From assembly GCF_046105845.1 (NCBI RefSeq), contig NZ_CP151004.1: a stretch of DNA of 64,000 nucleotides; one strand, given 5' to 3'. This stretch comes from Escherichia coli (GTDB lineage: Bacteria > Pseudomonadota > Gammaproteobacteria > Enterobacterales > Enterobacteriaceae). The translations under genes were made by a program, and so were the position numbers. Positions within the stretch are counted from its first letter, which is position 1. Each line of letters begins with the position of its first letter. Below the pieces are notes generated by a model, which had not been told where the DNA came from, ran no database searches, and worked only from the letters and a program-made list of their open reading frames with translations. Of this stretch, positions 33,128 through 45,575 are shown piece after piece.

Positions 33128-33981
33128 TATGCCGCCTCCACCATGCCTGCTTTAGCCATACGCGCTTTCACCCAATCACGCGCTTTCGCCACTTCTGCCG
33201 CCGGGTCTTCCGCCGTTTCGCTCCACATCTCAATCAGGTACGGCCCGCAATAGCCACTCTGTTTGAGCGTTTCGAAGCAACGTTCGAAATCCACTACGCC
33301 TTCGCCAAATGGCACATTTTTGAAGACGCCTGGTTTGGTGTCTTTCACATGTACCGCGACGATATGCCCGATTCCGGCCTGCAACTCCATCTGCACATCG
33401 TTGTCCCACGCCGACAGGTTGCCGATATCCGGGTAGAGCTGGAACCACGGGTTGTTGAGATAGTGCGCGTAGCCCAGCGCCTTGCTGATGGAGTTCATCA
33501 ATGGGTAATCCATGATCTCCATCGCCAGCGTCACCTGCGCGCGGCTTGCCATCTCAACGCTCTCTTTCAGGCCGTCACGGAAACGACGACGCGTTTCGTT
33601 ATTGGCTTCCTGATAATAAACGTCATAGCCCGCCAGCTGGATCACACGGATACCGACATCCTGGGCGAACTGGATAGCTTTGCGCATAATCTCCAGCCCC
33701 TGCGCCCGCACCGCGTCATCTTCGCTACCCAGCGGGAAACGACGATGAGCAGAAAGGCACATAGACGGTACACGCACGCCGGTTTCAACAATCGCATTCA
33801 CCAGCGCCAGACGCTGCTCGCGGCTCCAGTCGAGGCGCGACAGGCGATCGTCCGTTTCATCTACCGACATCTCGACAAAATCGAAGCCTAACGTTTTTGC
33901 AAGTTGCAGCCGTTCCAGCCAGCACTCCCCGGCGGGGAGCGCTTTTTCATAGATGCCAAGCGGGATTTGTTTGGACAACAT
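33127..33981 (-). CDS. ulaE: L-ribulose-5-phosphate 3-epimerase
   Basis: 284-aa TIM-barrel ORF recognised as UlaE (SgaU). 1-bp overlap with ulaF. Confidence 0.95.
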   Translation of the reverse strand: MLSKQIPLGIYEKALPAGECWLERLQLAKTLGFDFVEMSVDETDDRLSRLDWSREQRLALVNAIVETGVRVPSMCLSAHRRFPLGSEDDAVRAQGLEIMRKAIQFAQDVGIRVIQLAGYDVYYQEANNETRRRFRDGLKESVEMASRAQVTLAMEIMDYPLMNSISKALGYAHYLNNPWFQLYPDIGNLSAWDNDVQMELQAGIGHIVAVHVKDTKPGVFKNVPFGEGVVDFERCFETLKQSGYCGPYLIEMWSETAEDPAAEVAKARDWVKARMAKAGMVEAA

Positions 33982-33990
33982 ATCCGCTCC

Positions 33991-34641
33991 TTAGCCCCAC
34001 AGTTCGGCGATGGAACGTTTGAACTGACGCGCGGCTTCAACCGGAGAAGCGGCATCACGGATGCTGCGACCAGCGATAAACACGTGAATCGGAATGCCTT
34101 TGAACAGCGGCAGATCTTCCAGCGCCAGGCCACCGGTGACGGTCACTTTGAAGCCCATATCGGAAAGACGTTTGATCGCGGTAATGTCCGCTTCGCCCCA
34201 CGCCACGCCTGCGGCCTGTGCGTCACGGCTGCGGTGATAAACCACCTGCTGAATGCCTGCATCGCGCCACTGTTGCGCCTGTTCCCAGGTCCAGTAACCG
34301 GTCAGTTCGATCTGCACGTCGCCGTTAAACTCTTTTGCCACGTCCAGCGCACCTTTGGCGGTGTTGATATCCGCACAGCAAATCACGGTCACCCAGTCAG
34401 CGTTGGCTTCAAAGCACATACGAGAAAGGATTTTGCCCGCATCGGCAATTTTGGCGTCTGCCAGTACGATTTTGTGCGGGTAAAGCGCTTTCAGATCGCG
34501 AACCGCACGCACGCCTTCGCCCACGCACAGAATGGTGCCCACTTCGATAATGTCGACTTCTTCGGCAATCAGGCGAGTGGTTTCGTAGGCGCTATCCATA
34601 GTCTGGTTGTCCAGCGCGACTTGCAACATCGGTAATGACAT
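33991..34641 (-). CDS. ulaD: 3-keto-L-gulonate-6-phosphate decarboxylase
   Basis: Start set at [13 protein letters not shown] (216 aa). Recognised as UlaD (SgaH). Confidence 0.95.
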   Translation of the reverse strand: MSLPMLQVALDNQTMDSAYETTRLIAEEVDIIEVGTILCVGEGVRAVRDLKALYPHKIVLADAKIADAGKILSRMCFEANADWVTVICCADINTAKGALDVAKEFNGDVQIELTGYWTWEQAQQWRDAGIQQVVYHRSRDAQAAGVAWGEADITAIKRLSDMGFKVTVTGGLALEDLPLFKGIPIHVFIAGRSIRDAASPVEAARQFKRSIAELWG

Positions 34642-34654
34642 TTTCAATTCCTTC

Positions 34655-35119
34655 TTAAGCTGCCGCGTTGGTGCGGTCAATGAGATCCAGTACTTCCTGC
34701 TCGGTACGGCAGGCGCGTAAACGGTCGAAATTCTCTTCATCTTCAAACAGGTTAACGATCTGCATGATGCCCACTTCCTGATGAGTGTTGGCATCGACCG
34801 CCGCCATGGTGATGAGGATATCCACCGGATCGTTATCTTCGTGGTTGAACTCCAGCGGCTTTTTCAGCGTCACTAGCGCAAAACCGGTTTTCTTAACGCC
34901 CTCTTCCGGGCGACCGTGCGGCATTGCCAGGCCTGGTGCGAGCACAAAGTACGGACCGTGCTGTTCAACCGCATCCAGAATCGCCTGGTAGTAACGCGGC
35001 TCGACAACATCCGCCGCCACCAGCAGGTCAACGCCGATTTTTACTGCGTCCTGCCATGTCTCAGCTTCAGCCTGCAGGCGGATGGATTTATTCTCCGCCA
35101 GCGAATCACGTAATTTCAT
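34655..35119 (-). CDS. ulaC: Ascorbate PTS enzyme IIA
   Basis: 154-aa ORF recognised as UlaC (SgaA). Confidence 0.95.
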   Translation of the reverse strand: MKLRDSLAENKSIRLQAEAETWQDAVKIGVDLLVAADVVEPRYYQAILDAVEQHGPYFVLAPGLAMPHGRPEEGVKKTGFALVTLKKPLEFNHEDNDPVDILITMAAVDANTHQEVGIMQIVNLFEDEENFDRLRACRTEQEVLDLIDRTNAAA

Positions 35120-35128
35120 GGCGCGTCC

Positions 35129-35434
35129 TTACTTCACATCCTGCGGGAAATGCTCTTTGATCACTTCCAGCAGTTTCGGGCCAAAGTCGGCAGGAGAGAG
35201 CATGTTGCGCACACCAACCACGTATTTGTTGCCGGTCACGGTGATTTCGCCCGCAATGTGCGTAGAAGCGATGATGATATCCGCGCCGCTCAACTCGCTT
35301 TTGTATTCGCCAACCGCGCAGCTGTTTACCGTGTGGTCAATGTTTGATTGGGTTAAAAACTGGTCCACTTTCATCTTCATGATCATGGAACTGCCTTGTC
35401 CGTTGCCACACACAGCCAGAATACGTACGGTCAT
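35129..35434 (-). CDS. ulaB: Ascorbate PTS enzyme IIB
   Basis: Start set at [16 protein letters not shown] (101 aa), which contains the active-site Cys motif. Confidence 0.95.
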
Positions 35435-35449
35435 AATCAAAACTCCTTA

Positions 35450-37201
<1,752 letters not shown>

Positions 37202-38266
37202 ATGAGTAAAGTGAAAAGTATCACCCGAGAATCCTGGATCCTGAGCACTTTCCCGGAGTGGGGTAGCTGGCTGAATGAAGAAATTGAACAAGAGCAGGTC
37301 GCCCCTGGCACATTTGCGATGTGGTGGCTAGGCTGCACCGGGATCTGGCTGAAATCAGAAGGTGGCACCAACGTTTGCGTTGATTTCTGGTGCGGCACTG
37401 GCAAACAAAGTCACGGTAACCCGTTAATGAAACAGGGTCACCAGATGCAGCGCATGGCTGGCGTGAAAAAACTGCAGCCAAACCTGCGCACCACCCCGTT
37501 TGTTCTTGATCCGTTTGCGATTCGCCAGATCGACGCGGTACTGGCGACTCACGATCACAACGATCATATCGACGTTAACGTCGCTGCTGCCGTGATGCAG
37601 AACTGTGCTGATGACGTACCGTTCATTGGACCGAAAACCTGCGTTGATTTGTGGATTGGCTGGGGCGTACCGAAAGAGCGTTGCATCGTGGTCAAACCGG
37701 GCGATGTTGTAAAAGTGAAAGACATTGAAATTCATGCGCTTGACGCTTTCGACCGTACTGCACTGATCACCCTACCTGCCGATCAAAAAGCGGCTGGCGT
37801 ACTGCCAGATGGCATGGACGATCGCGCAGTAAACTACCTGTTCAAAACCCCTGGCGGTTCCCTGTATCACAGTGGCGATTCCCACTACTCTAACTATTAT
37901 GCGAAGCACGGTAACGAACATCAGATCGACGTGGCTTTAGGTTCATACGGCGAAAACCCGCGCGGTATTACCGACAAAATGACCAGCGCCGATATGCTGC
38001 GTATGGGTGAAGCCCTGAATGCGAAAGTGGTTATCCCGTTCCACCACGACATCTGGTCAAACTTCCAGGCCGATCCGCAAGAAATCCGCGTGCTGTGGGA
38101 GATGAAAAAAGATCGTCTGAAGTATGGCTTCAAGCCGTTTATCTGGCAGGTGGGCGGCAAATTTACCTGGCCGTTGGATAAAGACAACTTCGAATACCAC
38201 TATCCGCGTGGTTTCGATGATTGCTTCACTATTGAACCGGATCTGCCGTTCAAGTCATTCCTGTAA
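37202..38266 (+). CDS. ulaG: L-ascorbate-6-phosphate lactonase (metallo-beta-lactamase fold)
   Basis: Start set at [12 protein letters not shown] (354 aa). HDHNDH metal motif. Confidence 0.95.
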
Positions 38267-38279
38267 TCTGTCGTTTATA

Positions 38280-38311
38280 CCGGATAGCGTGGAGTAGTTC
38301 GCGCTATCCGG
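38280..38311 (+). terminator. Hairpin downstream of ulaG (REP-like or terminator)
   Basis: CCGGATAGCG (38280-38289) pairs with CGCTATCCGG (38302-38311); 10-bp stem, 12-nt loop, weak T-tract. Confidence 0.5.
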
Positions 38312-38373
38312 CGTAGTATTTCCTGGCTATTTCAAATATCATCTAAAAAAATCAAATTTTATCGGAATAGCTC

Positions 38374-39129
38374 ATGACTGAAGCACAAAGACATCAAATC
38401 CTCCTGGAAATGCTCGCACAATTGGGCTTTGTGACCGTTGAGAAAGTCGTTGAGCGTCTGGGAATTTCGCCTGCCACTGCGCGACGCGATATCAATAAAC
38501 TTGACGAAAGCGGCAAACTGAAAAAAGTGCGCAATGGCGCAGAAGCTATTACCCAGCAGCGCCCACGCTGGACGCCGATGAATCTGCATCAGGCGCAGAA
38601 TCACGATGAAAAAGTACGTATTGCTAAAGCGGCCTCGCAGCTGGTTAATCCGGGCGAAAGCGTAGTCATCAACTGCGGCTCCACCGCGTTTCTGCTTGGG
38701 CGGGAAATGTGTGGCAAGCCAGTGCAAATCATCACTAATTATCTACCGCTGGCAAATTACCTGATCGATCAGGAGCATGACAGCGTGATCATTATGGGCG
38801 GACAGTACAACAAAAGTCAGTCCATCACTTTAAGCCCGCAAGGCAGCGAAAACAGTCTCTATGCCGGGCACTGGATGTTTACCAGCGGCAAAGGGCTGAC
38901 AGCAGAAGGGTTGTATAAAACCGATATGCTGACGGCAATGGCAGAGCAGAAGATGCTAAGCGTGGTAGGGAAACTGGTGGTACTGGTTGATAGCAGTAAG
39001 ATCGGCGAACGCGCGGGAATGCTTTTTAGCCGTGCCGATCAAATCGATATGCTGATCACCGGCAAAAATGCTAACCCGGAAATCCTGCAACAACTGGAAG
39101 CGCAAGGGGTCAGCATTCTGCGTGTTTAA
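38374..39129 (+). CDS. ulaR: DeoR-family repressor of the ula regulon
   Basis: 251-aa ORF with an N-terminal HTH ([24 protein letters not shown]). Recognised as UlaR. Confidence 0.95.
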
Positions 39130-39875
39130 AGATGCTGGCGGAAAAATGTCACGGCAGCATCTAACGCCTCAGGCGTAATGCGGTGACGCACGCCTGGCTG
39201 CCATGAACAGGTTAGCAGTTTATCCCGTCCCGTCTCGCTTAAGGCCTGCTGCAAACGTAGTGATTCGTCGGCAGGCACGACGTCATCGTCAAGGCCATGC
39301 CACAGCAGTAGAGGTCTGTCACCAAGTTGTTCCAGGTGGTTTGTCGCTTCCCACTCTGCCAGCGGCGCGACAATGTTATTGAATTCATTCTGCTGTGCTG
39401 CCGTTTCAGGTATCAGCGGTGGAAACAGTGAACGGGCGAGCGATGTAAAATAGCCCGATCCCATCATGCTGGCGGTACATTTCACCGTGGGGTGGCGAGC
39501 GGTAATTCCCAGTGCCGTCATCGCGCCCATCGACGCGCCACCGACTGCCAGACGGTCAGCAAGCAGCCAGTTTTCTTCGGCTATTGCCGCACGTAACGTA
39601 GTGAATTCCTGCATACTTTGTAGCAAAATTTGCCAAAATTGATTTAACCGCCGCGCTGCGTCGCCCCTAAAACGGCTACCGTGATCGGGCGCATCCGGCA
39701 TGATCACTCGCAAACCAGCCTGCGCCAGCGCAACGGCAAAATAGCTATACACCAGACTGGACGAAGTAAAGCCGTGATAAAAAATCACGCACGGTAATGG
39801 GGTATCTTTTTGCCCGACAGGATAAGCATGAAGAACGGGAATATCTGCCAGCTCGCGTGATTCTATTTCAATCAT
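39126..39875 (-). CDS. yjfP: Alpha/beta-hydrolase esterase
   Basis: 249-aa ORF with nucleophile elbow GASMG. Recognised as YjfP. Its 3' end overlaps ulaR by 4 bp (convergent). Confidence 0.9.
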
Positions 39876-40056
39876 CTGTCTCTCCTTTTTGTCTGGTATG
39901 ACATGAAGAAATCCTTAGCACAAGTTTCTGCTGGCGGTATTAGTTCATAATGTTGAGATGTGGGTTACGCTTTCATCACGTTTTCATTCGAAAATCGCGT
40001 ACCAGGTAACAATTCGGGAACATTCCCCCAAAGTTAAATTAATAAGGCACTACACT

Positions 40057-40386
40057 ATGGTTAGCAGGAAACGTAATAGCGTTATTTACCGGTTTGCCAG
40101 TTTATTATTGGTGTTGATGTTAAGTGCCTGTAGCGCACTGCAAGGTACGCCACAGCCAGCACCGCCAGTAACCGACCATCCGCAAGAGATTCGCCGCGAC
40201 CAGACGCAAGGGTTACAGCGAATAGGTAGCGTAAGCACGATGGTTCGGGGTTCTCCGGATGACGCATTAGCAGAAATCAGAGCGAAAGCTGTCGCTGCAA
40301 AAGCTGATTATTACGTTGTCGTCATGGTGGACGAAACCATCGTCACAGGACAGTGGTATTCACAAGCCATTTTGTACCGTAAATAA
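40057..40386 (+). CDS. bsmA: Biofilm stress and motility lipoprotein BsmA (YjfO), DUF1471 family
   Basis: Start set at MVSRKRNSVIYRF (109 aa). Lipobox LSAC. Confidence 0.9.
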   Translation: MVSRKRNSVIYRFASLLLVLMLSACSALQGTPQPAPPVTDHPQEIRRDQTQGLQRIGSVSTMVRGSPDDALAEIRAKAVAAKADYYVVVMVDETIVTGQWYSQAILYRK

Positions 40387-40534
40387 ATCAGACAACTTAC
40401 ATAGTCAGCTTTACATTGCTTTGCGTCCCTATGCGTTTACCTGTGCACAATAAATTACCGGCTGGAAGCTCGGGCGTTTATTACCGCGATGGAATGCCCT
40501 GCAACATGTGGGGAAACGAAAAATGGAGCTGACG

Positions 40535-40810
40535 ATGAAACAATTACTTGCCTCACCCTCGCTGCAATTAGTGACTTATCCTGCGAGCGCCACGGCACAG
40601 TCTGCAGAATTCGCCAGTGCTGACTGCGTGACGGGCCTGAATGAAATAGGTCAGATCTCAGTTAGCAATATTTCAGGGGATCCGCAGGACGTGGAACGTA
40701 TCGTGGCGTTAAAGGCCGATGAACAAGGTGCGTCATGGTACCGCATTATTACCATGTACGAAGACCAGCAGCCTGATAACTGGCGCGTACAGGCGATACT
40801 GTATGCATGA
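40535..40810 (+). CDS. yjfN: DUF1471-family periplasmic protein YjfN
   Basis: Start set at MKQLLASPSLQLV (91 aa), with GGAG upstream. C-terminus ...WRVQAILYA is typical of the family. Confidence 0.88.
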   Translation: MKQLLASPSLQLVTYPASATAQSAEFASADCVTGLNEIGQISVSNISGDPQDVERIVALKADEQGASWYRIITMYEDQQPDNWRVQAILYA

Positions 40811-40834
40811 GTGTCATCTACAGCAAATGAACAA

Positions 40835-40868
40835 TGCCGGATGCGGCGCGAGCGCCTTGTCCGGCCTA
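40835..40868. repeat. REP element downstream of yjfN
   Basis: TGCCGGATGCGGCGCGAGCGCCTTGTCCGGCCTA, a canonical REP. Confidence 0.75.
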
Positions 40869-40926
40869 TAATTTTCACATATTTCATTGAGTTAATTGAA
40901 ACCAGCGTTGCATCAGTCGTATACGC

Positions 40927-42552
40927 TTACACACACACTCCCCCCGTCGCCCGCAGCAATAAATCATTCTGGATCTGCTCTGACAACCGTACGCCGCCGC
41001 GCGTATCTAACATCACCTGACACCACGCCTGCGCCATTGGCGGAGAGGCATATTTCAACATTTGCGCACCGCAGCCCAGCAGGAATAGCTTATGAGTAAT
41101 CTCTCGCCCCAGTTCTTCAGCTGGCTTACGCAGCTGCTGCTGTAAACGACGAACCGCGCGATCAAAATAGCGATCCTGCCCTTTCACTTCCACAAATGCT
41201 TCCGACAATAAGTCGTATACACCCGCTTGCTTATTGAGAACACGCAGTACATCCAGGCACATAATATTACCGGAACCTTCCCAAATACTGTTTACCGGCA
41301 TCTCCCGGTAAAGCCGCGGCAGCTCGCTCTCCTCGCAATAACCAATGCCGCCCAGCACCTCCATCGCTTCGGCCACAAACGGCATACCTCGTTTGCAGAT
41401 CACAAATTTCACCGCAGGCGTAAATAAACGCGCCCACAGGGCTTCTTTAGCATCGGCACGCCGGTCCCACGCTCGCGCAAGACGAAACAGCAACGCCGTT
41501 TGCCCTTCAAGCTGAAGTGCCATGCGACTTAAGACATGACGCATAAGGGGCTGTTGGATCAATGGATTACCAAAAACATGGCGTTGATGGGCATGATAAA
41601 TCGCCAGCGAAAATGCACGGCGCATCATGGCATGGCTACCCAGGGCGCAATCAAAACGCGTCATCCCTCCCATTTTCAGGATCAGACGAGTTCCTTCCCC
41701 TTCCTGCCCTAACAACCAGCCAATGGCATCCTGAAACTCCACTTCGCAGCTGGCGTTAGAGCGATTACCCAGCTTATCTTTCAGCCGCTCGAGGCGAATC
41801 GCGTTGCGTTGCCCGTCAGGCAAAAAGCGCGGCACAAAAAAGCAGGACAAACCGCCCGTAGTCTGCGCCAGCACCAGATGCGCATCGCTTTGCGGCACCG
41901 AGAAAAACCATTTATGCCCCACCAGCCGATAAGAGCCATCTTCCAGGCGCTCTGCGCGGGTGGTGTTGCTCATGACATCGGAACCGCCCTGCTTTTCCGT
42001 CATTCCCATGCCAATCAACAAACCGCGTTTTTGCCCACCTGGCAATAAGTGAGAATCGTAGCGATCGCTCAACAGCGGCGTGGTCCAGTCCTGAAACGGC
42101 GTGGGTAACATCTGTAACAACAATGGCGTGGCGGCAAAGGTCATCGTTATCGGACATAACGACCCTGCCTCAACCTGTGCGTGCAACATAAAACGCGCCG
42201 CGCGCGCCACAAATGCGCCGGAGCGAGCGTCTTCTTCCCAGGCAAGATTGTGCACCCGATTGGTACATAGCGCCTGCATCAGCAAGTGCCAGGCGGGGTG
42301 AAAACGCACATCGTCCAGATGGCGTCCTTGCGCATCGTAGCGCAATAATTCAGGCGGATTCACATTCGCCAGCCGCCCCAGTTCAAGAGATTCAGCCGTT
42401 CCTAACTGCTGACCAATACTGGCTAGAAAATCGCTATCCCAGCCAGCACCTTCACGCGTTACCGCTTCACAGAGCGCGCCATCAGACAGGTATAAGTTAC
42501 TGTTATTTAATGGTATAGGTTGATTAAAAACGGTGTGAGTTTGCCAGTGCAC
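40927..42552 (-). CDS. aidB: Acyl-CoA-dehydrogenase-like adaptive-response protein AidB
   Basis: Start set at GTG 42552 (VHWQTHTVFNQP, 541 aa), with GGAGGGAG upstream. Recognised as AidB. Confidence 0.93.
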   Translation of the reverse strand: MHWQTHTVFNQPIPLNNSNLYLSDGALCEAVTREGAGWDSDFLASIGQQLGTAESLELGRLANVNPPELLRYDAQGRHLDDVRFHPAWHLLMQALCTNRVHNLAWEEDARSGAFVARAARFMLHAQVEAGSLCPITMTFAATPLLLQMLPTPFQDWTTPLLSDRYDSHLLPGGQKRGLLIGMGMTEKQGGSDVMSNTTRAERLEDGSYRLVGHKWFFSVPQSDAHLVLAQTTGGLSCFFVPRFLPDGQRNAIRLERLKDKLGNRSNASCEVEFQDAIGWLLGQEGEGTRLILKMGGMTRFDCALGSHAMMRRAFSLAIYHAHQRHVFGNPLIQQPLMRHVLSRMALQLEGQTALLFRLARAWDRRADAKEALWARLFTPAVKFVICKRGMPFVAEAMEVLGGIGYCEESELPRLYREMPVNSIWEGSGNIMCLDVLRVLNKQAGVYDLLSEAFVEVKGQDRYFDRAVRRLQQQLRKPAEELGREITHKLFLLGCGAQMLKYASPPMAQAWCQVMLDTRGGVRLSEQIQNDLLLRATGGVCV

Positions 42553-42571
42553 TGTGTCTCCCTCCATCAAT

Positions 42572-42599
42572 GGCAGTCACCATTAGTATGGTCACTGCC
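42572..42599. promoter_or_regulatory. Imperfect 12-bp inverted repeat between yjfC and aidB
   Basis: GGCAGTCACCAT TAGT ATGGTCACTGCC, with one mismatch. It lies 20 bp upstream of the aidB start and 37 bp downstream of the yjfC stop. Confidence 0.4.
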
Positions 42600-42635
42600 A
42601 TGGATTCATGACAGAAAGAGATTGCTAAAACATTC

Positions 42636-43799
42636 TTATCCAGCAATGTAATGCGGAACGAAACGTGAGGTGTCTTTGGTGATCAGCGTGTTATCTTCAC
42701 GGATCCCCATTCCGCACGCTTCATCATCGACAATCCAGCTACCGATGAGTGTGTAGCTATCGCCAAATCGCGGCAGAGGTTGAAACGCCTGGTAGATCAT
42801 CGGTTCATCGGCGTAATCACCATCAGCGTGGTCAACGACGTTATTCTGACCGTCGAAAATGGTGACATTGCCGCCTTCGCGCGAGTAGATCGGTTTACGC
42901 ACATAGCTTTCGCCAGCGGCAATCTGCGGTTTTTCGCCCTCAAACCAGGATGCAAGAAGGTTAGGATGACCAGGGAAGAAGCGCCAAAGCAGTGGCATTA
43001 GCCCTTTATTACTCAAGATACTTTTCCATAACGGCTCCACCCATTGCTCGCGACGCTTGCGCAGCAGCGGACCGTTATCGTCACGCATCATCCACTCTAG
43101 CGGATACAGCTTAAATGCACGCTGGATGACATTATCATCAAGATCGGTCAGTACACCGCCGACGCCCAAACCGAGATCTTCAATGTAGATAAACCGCGAC
43201 TCCTGCCCTGCCTGCTGGGCGCAGTCCTGCAAATACAGCACGGTAGTCCTGTCTTCATCGGTGTCCTGACAGCAGCAAAAATAAAACGGTTCCCGACTGT
43301 AAAGCTCGCTAAAGCGTGAAATCAGGCGTTCCTGAATAGCATTGTACTGATCGGCATCACGCGGAATAATGCCGCTGCGCCGGGCATCCTCCAGCCACAG
43401 CCACTGGAAATAAGCCGACTCGTACAATGAAGTTGGCGTATCGGCGTTGTACTCCAGTAGCTTCACCGGCGCATTGCCACACCAGGCAAAATCCATCCGG
43501 CCATACAGCGAAGGATCTCGTGCGCGCCAGCTTTCGGCGATCACATCCCAGTACAATGGCGGGATCGCCAGTTGCGTCAGGATCTCTTCGTCTTTAACCG
43601 CGCGATCCACCACCTCAAGGCACATCTGATGCAGTTCCGCAGTCGGTTTTTCGATCTGCTCTTCAATCTGACGCAGGGTAAAGCGGTAAGCCCGACTCTC
43701 ATCCCAATAGATTTCATTGTCGATGATATGAAAGTCGAAACCGTTGTCAGCGGCGATCTGGTCCAGATCCCACCGTACAGGAACGTTGTGTCTCAGCAT
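42636..43799 (-). CDS. yjfC: Glutathionylspermidine-synthase-like ATP-grasp protein of unknown substrate
   Basis: Start set at MLRHNVPVR (387 aa). Recognised as YjfC, the paralogue of YgiC. Confidence 0.9.
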   Translation of the reverse strand: MLRHNVPVRWDLDQIAADNGFDFHIIDNEIYWDESRAYRFTLRQIEEQIEKPTAELHQMCLEVVDRAVKDEEILTQLAIPPLYWDVIAESWRARDPSLYGRMDFAWCGNAPVKLLEYNADTPTSLYESAYFQWLWLEDARRSGIIPRDADQYNAIQERLISRFSELYSREPFYFCCCQDTDEDRTTVLYLQDCAQQAGQESRFIYIEDLGLGVGGVLTDLDDNVIQRAFKLYPLEWMMRDDNGPLLRKRREQWVEPLWKSILSNKGLMPLLWRFFPGHPNLLASWFEGEKPQIAAGESYVRKPIYSREGGNVTIFDGQNNVVDHADGDYADEPMIYQAFQPLPRFGDSYTLIGSWIVDDEACGMGIREDNTLITKDTSRFVPHYIAG

Positions 43800-43801
43800 G
43801 A

Positions 43802-44440
43802 TTAGCCTCCCCAATGCCCACGGGCGCTGGAAGAACGACCATAGCCGCCGCGAGAAACGGTTGACGCTTTTTTGGTGGTAAAGCCGCCCGAAGAGTAAGA
43901 CTCTTTTTTGCCAGAACCGGAGCGCCAGGAGTAATCACCAGAAGTGTTGCGCCAGACAGGGCGCGAAGCAAAAGAGGAACCGCCGCTGTTATAAACAAAC
44001 TGCTCATCACGATCTTTACGTATAACCCGGCTTAACAAAAATCCAGAAACGACCGGGATCCAACTCTGTTCAACGTTGTCGTAGTAACAATTTTCATACT
44101 TAGACTGACAATTCTGCTGAGTCATATTCTTCGGAACATCGGCATAAAACGCCGCTTTGGCGTTGTTCCAGCCATGAGCACAGATATCTGAATTATTTCC
44201 GTCATCAATACAATCCTGCACAGTCGAGTAAAACGTTCCGTCGCCGTCGTTATCGACATCGCCACTATCGCCACAACCTTTCAATACGAAAAAAGCGGCA
44301 CCGCCCATTAGCGCCAACGTTAAGTATTTTTGTGCGTAACGATTGCGACGCGGTTCAAAAGGATTATTCGGTCTACCAATGCGACTGATCGCTCCGTGAC
44401 CAATTTTACTGTTATTTCTTGATTTGCGTTTTCTGGCCAT
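43802..44440 (-). CDS. yjfM: DUF1190-family protein YjfM
   Basis: 212-aa ORF. Basic N-terminus, one hydrophobic segment (YLTLALMGGAAFFVL), a Cys-containing middle region and a Gly/Ser/Arg-rich tail. Recognised as YjfM. Confidence 0.88.
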   Translation of the reverse strand: MARKRKSRNNSKIGHGAISRIGRPNNPFEPRRNRYAQKYLTLALMGGAAFFVLKGCGDSGDVDNDGDGTFYSTVQDCIDDGNNSDICAHGWNNAKAAFYADVPKNMTQQNCQSKYENCYYDNVEQSWIPVVSGFLLSRVIRKDRDEQFVYNSGGSSFASRPVWRNTSGDYSWRSGSGKKESYSSGGFTTKKASTVSRGGYGRSSSARGHWGG

Positions 44441-44449
44441 GATCGTCCA

Positions 44450-44848
44450 TTACCATGTCATACAAGCTGCGTTAAAAATACCGCCAGCCAGTGCGGCGGT
44501 TCCCATAAACATTCCTGCTGCGGTATTGTGATTAATAATTTTTTCGCTTAATGCGGGCATATAAAGTCTGACGCCAGCAAAAACGAGTAACTGAATCACC
44601 AGTGCGATCCCGCCCCAGGCGAAATAGTCTGGAATACTCACCGCATTGATTGCCGCACTGGATAACGGGATCACGTAACCCAACAATGTACCGCTGAACG
44701 CCAGTGACGCCGCGGTATTATTGTTTTTGATTAACTGCCATTCGTTGTGCGGTGTAATTTTAGAATAGATAAACAGAAAAATAATCACCATAGCCACGCC
44801 AATAAAAAAATAGGCACTAAAGGCAAGAAGAGAATCCAGTATATGCAT
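44450..44848 (-). CDS. yjfL: DUF350-family small inner-membrane protein
   Basis: Start set at MHILDSLLAFSAYFF (132 aa). Four hydrophobic segments. Confidence 0.88.
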   Translation of the reverse strand: MHILDSLLAFSAYFFIGVAMVIIFLFIYSKITPHNEWQLIKNNNTAASLAFSGTLLGYVIPLSSAAINAVSIPDYFAWGGIALVIQLLVFAGVRLYMPALSEKIINHNTAAGMFMGTAALAGGIFNAACMTW

Positions 44849-44865
44849 TGTAAACGTCCTTGTAA

Positions 44866-45525
44866 TTAACCAATAATATGAAGTGATGTCAGCGGGATAT
44901 CGACACCCAACGCGCGCGAAAATAACCACTCTGGCTCGCCGAGATCGTTAAAAGATTCCTCACCATTTAGCAGCAAATATTCGTAAGTATCTTCGGTTAC
45001 TTGCCGTTGGTAGCCCATGGTAAAATTATGGACCTCCCATTTGGCATGGTTTTGATTTTCTACTTTTTCCAGCATGTAGACGGGTTCGATATTTCCCGGT
45101 TCTTCGCTGTTAAAAAATCGCTGCCAGCGTTTTTCCTGCCAGTTTAAGGTCATTGCCCCCATCGCTTTGGCATTGATCGTCTCGCGCCAGTGACTCTCTT
45201 TACTGATACCGTAGCTCTCTTCATAGACAAAGAGCTTGATATCATCAATGTCATCAATATTTTCGCCGCCGGTGGTATTGATTTGCAGAAATTCATCGCC
45301 CGAAGTGTAGTAGCGGAAAATCTGGCTACCGCCGCCCAGATCGATGCGGCTGACGGCGGCTACCGTAAATTCCTCACCCGGCAGCGCAATCAGCAATTCA
45401 TCTTCCAGCAAACGAAACGCTAACGTGTCGAGCGTAAAACCACTATTGAGATGCAGACCCAGCGGACCGCGAGCGATAGCAGGCTTATTATCCTTGCCAA
45501 ACAGACGCTGGAAAAAACCAGACAT
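44866..45525 (-). CDS. yjfK: DUF2491-family protein YjfK
   Basis: 219-aa ORF recognised as YjfK. Confidence 0.88.
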   Translation of the reverse strand: MSGFFQRLFGKDNKPAIARGPLGLHLNSGFTLDTLAFRLLEDELLIALPGEEFTVAAVSRIDLGGGSQIFRYYTSGDEFLQINTTGGENIDDIDDIKLFVYEESYGISKESHWRETINAKAMGAMTLNWQEKRWQRFFNSEEPGNIEPVYMLEKVENQNHAKWEVHNFTMGYQRQVTEDTYEYLLLNGEESFNDLGEPEWLFSRALGVDIPLTSLHIIG

Positions 45526-45545
45526 ATTTTATCCTTAAAATAGTT

Positions 45546-45568
45546 GCCAGCCTTGCAGTGAGGCTGGC
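45546..45568 (-). other. Intercistronic hairpin between yjfJ and yjfK
   Basis: GCCAGCCT (45546-45553) pairs with AGGCTGGC (45561-45568). No clear downstream T-run on the coding (minus) strand. Confidence 0.5.
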
Positions 45569-45575
45569 AAAAAAA

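Noticed and set aside
33904-34635. 243-aa + strand ORF. Similar long antisense ORFs at 52725-53429, 53849-54499, 25482-26072, 30259-30747 and 55803-56432
   Set aside because: Each is fully contained antisense to a confidently identified gene (ulaD/ulaE, hflC, hflK, fklB, rplI, hflX/hfq).
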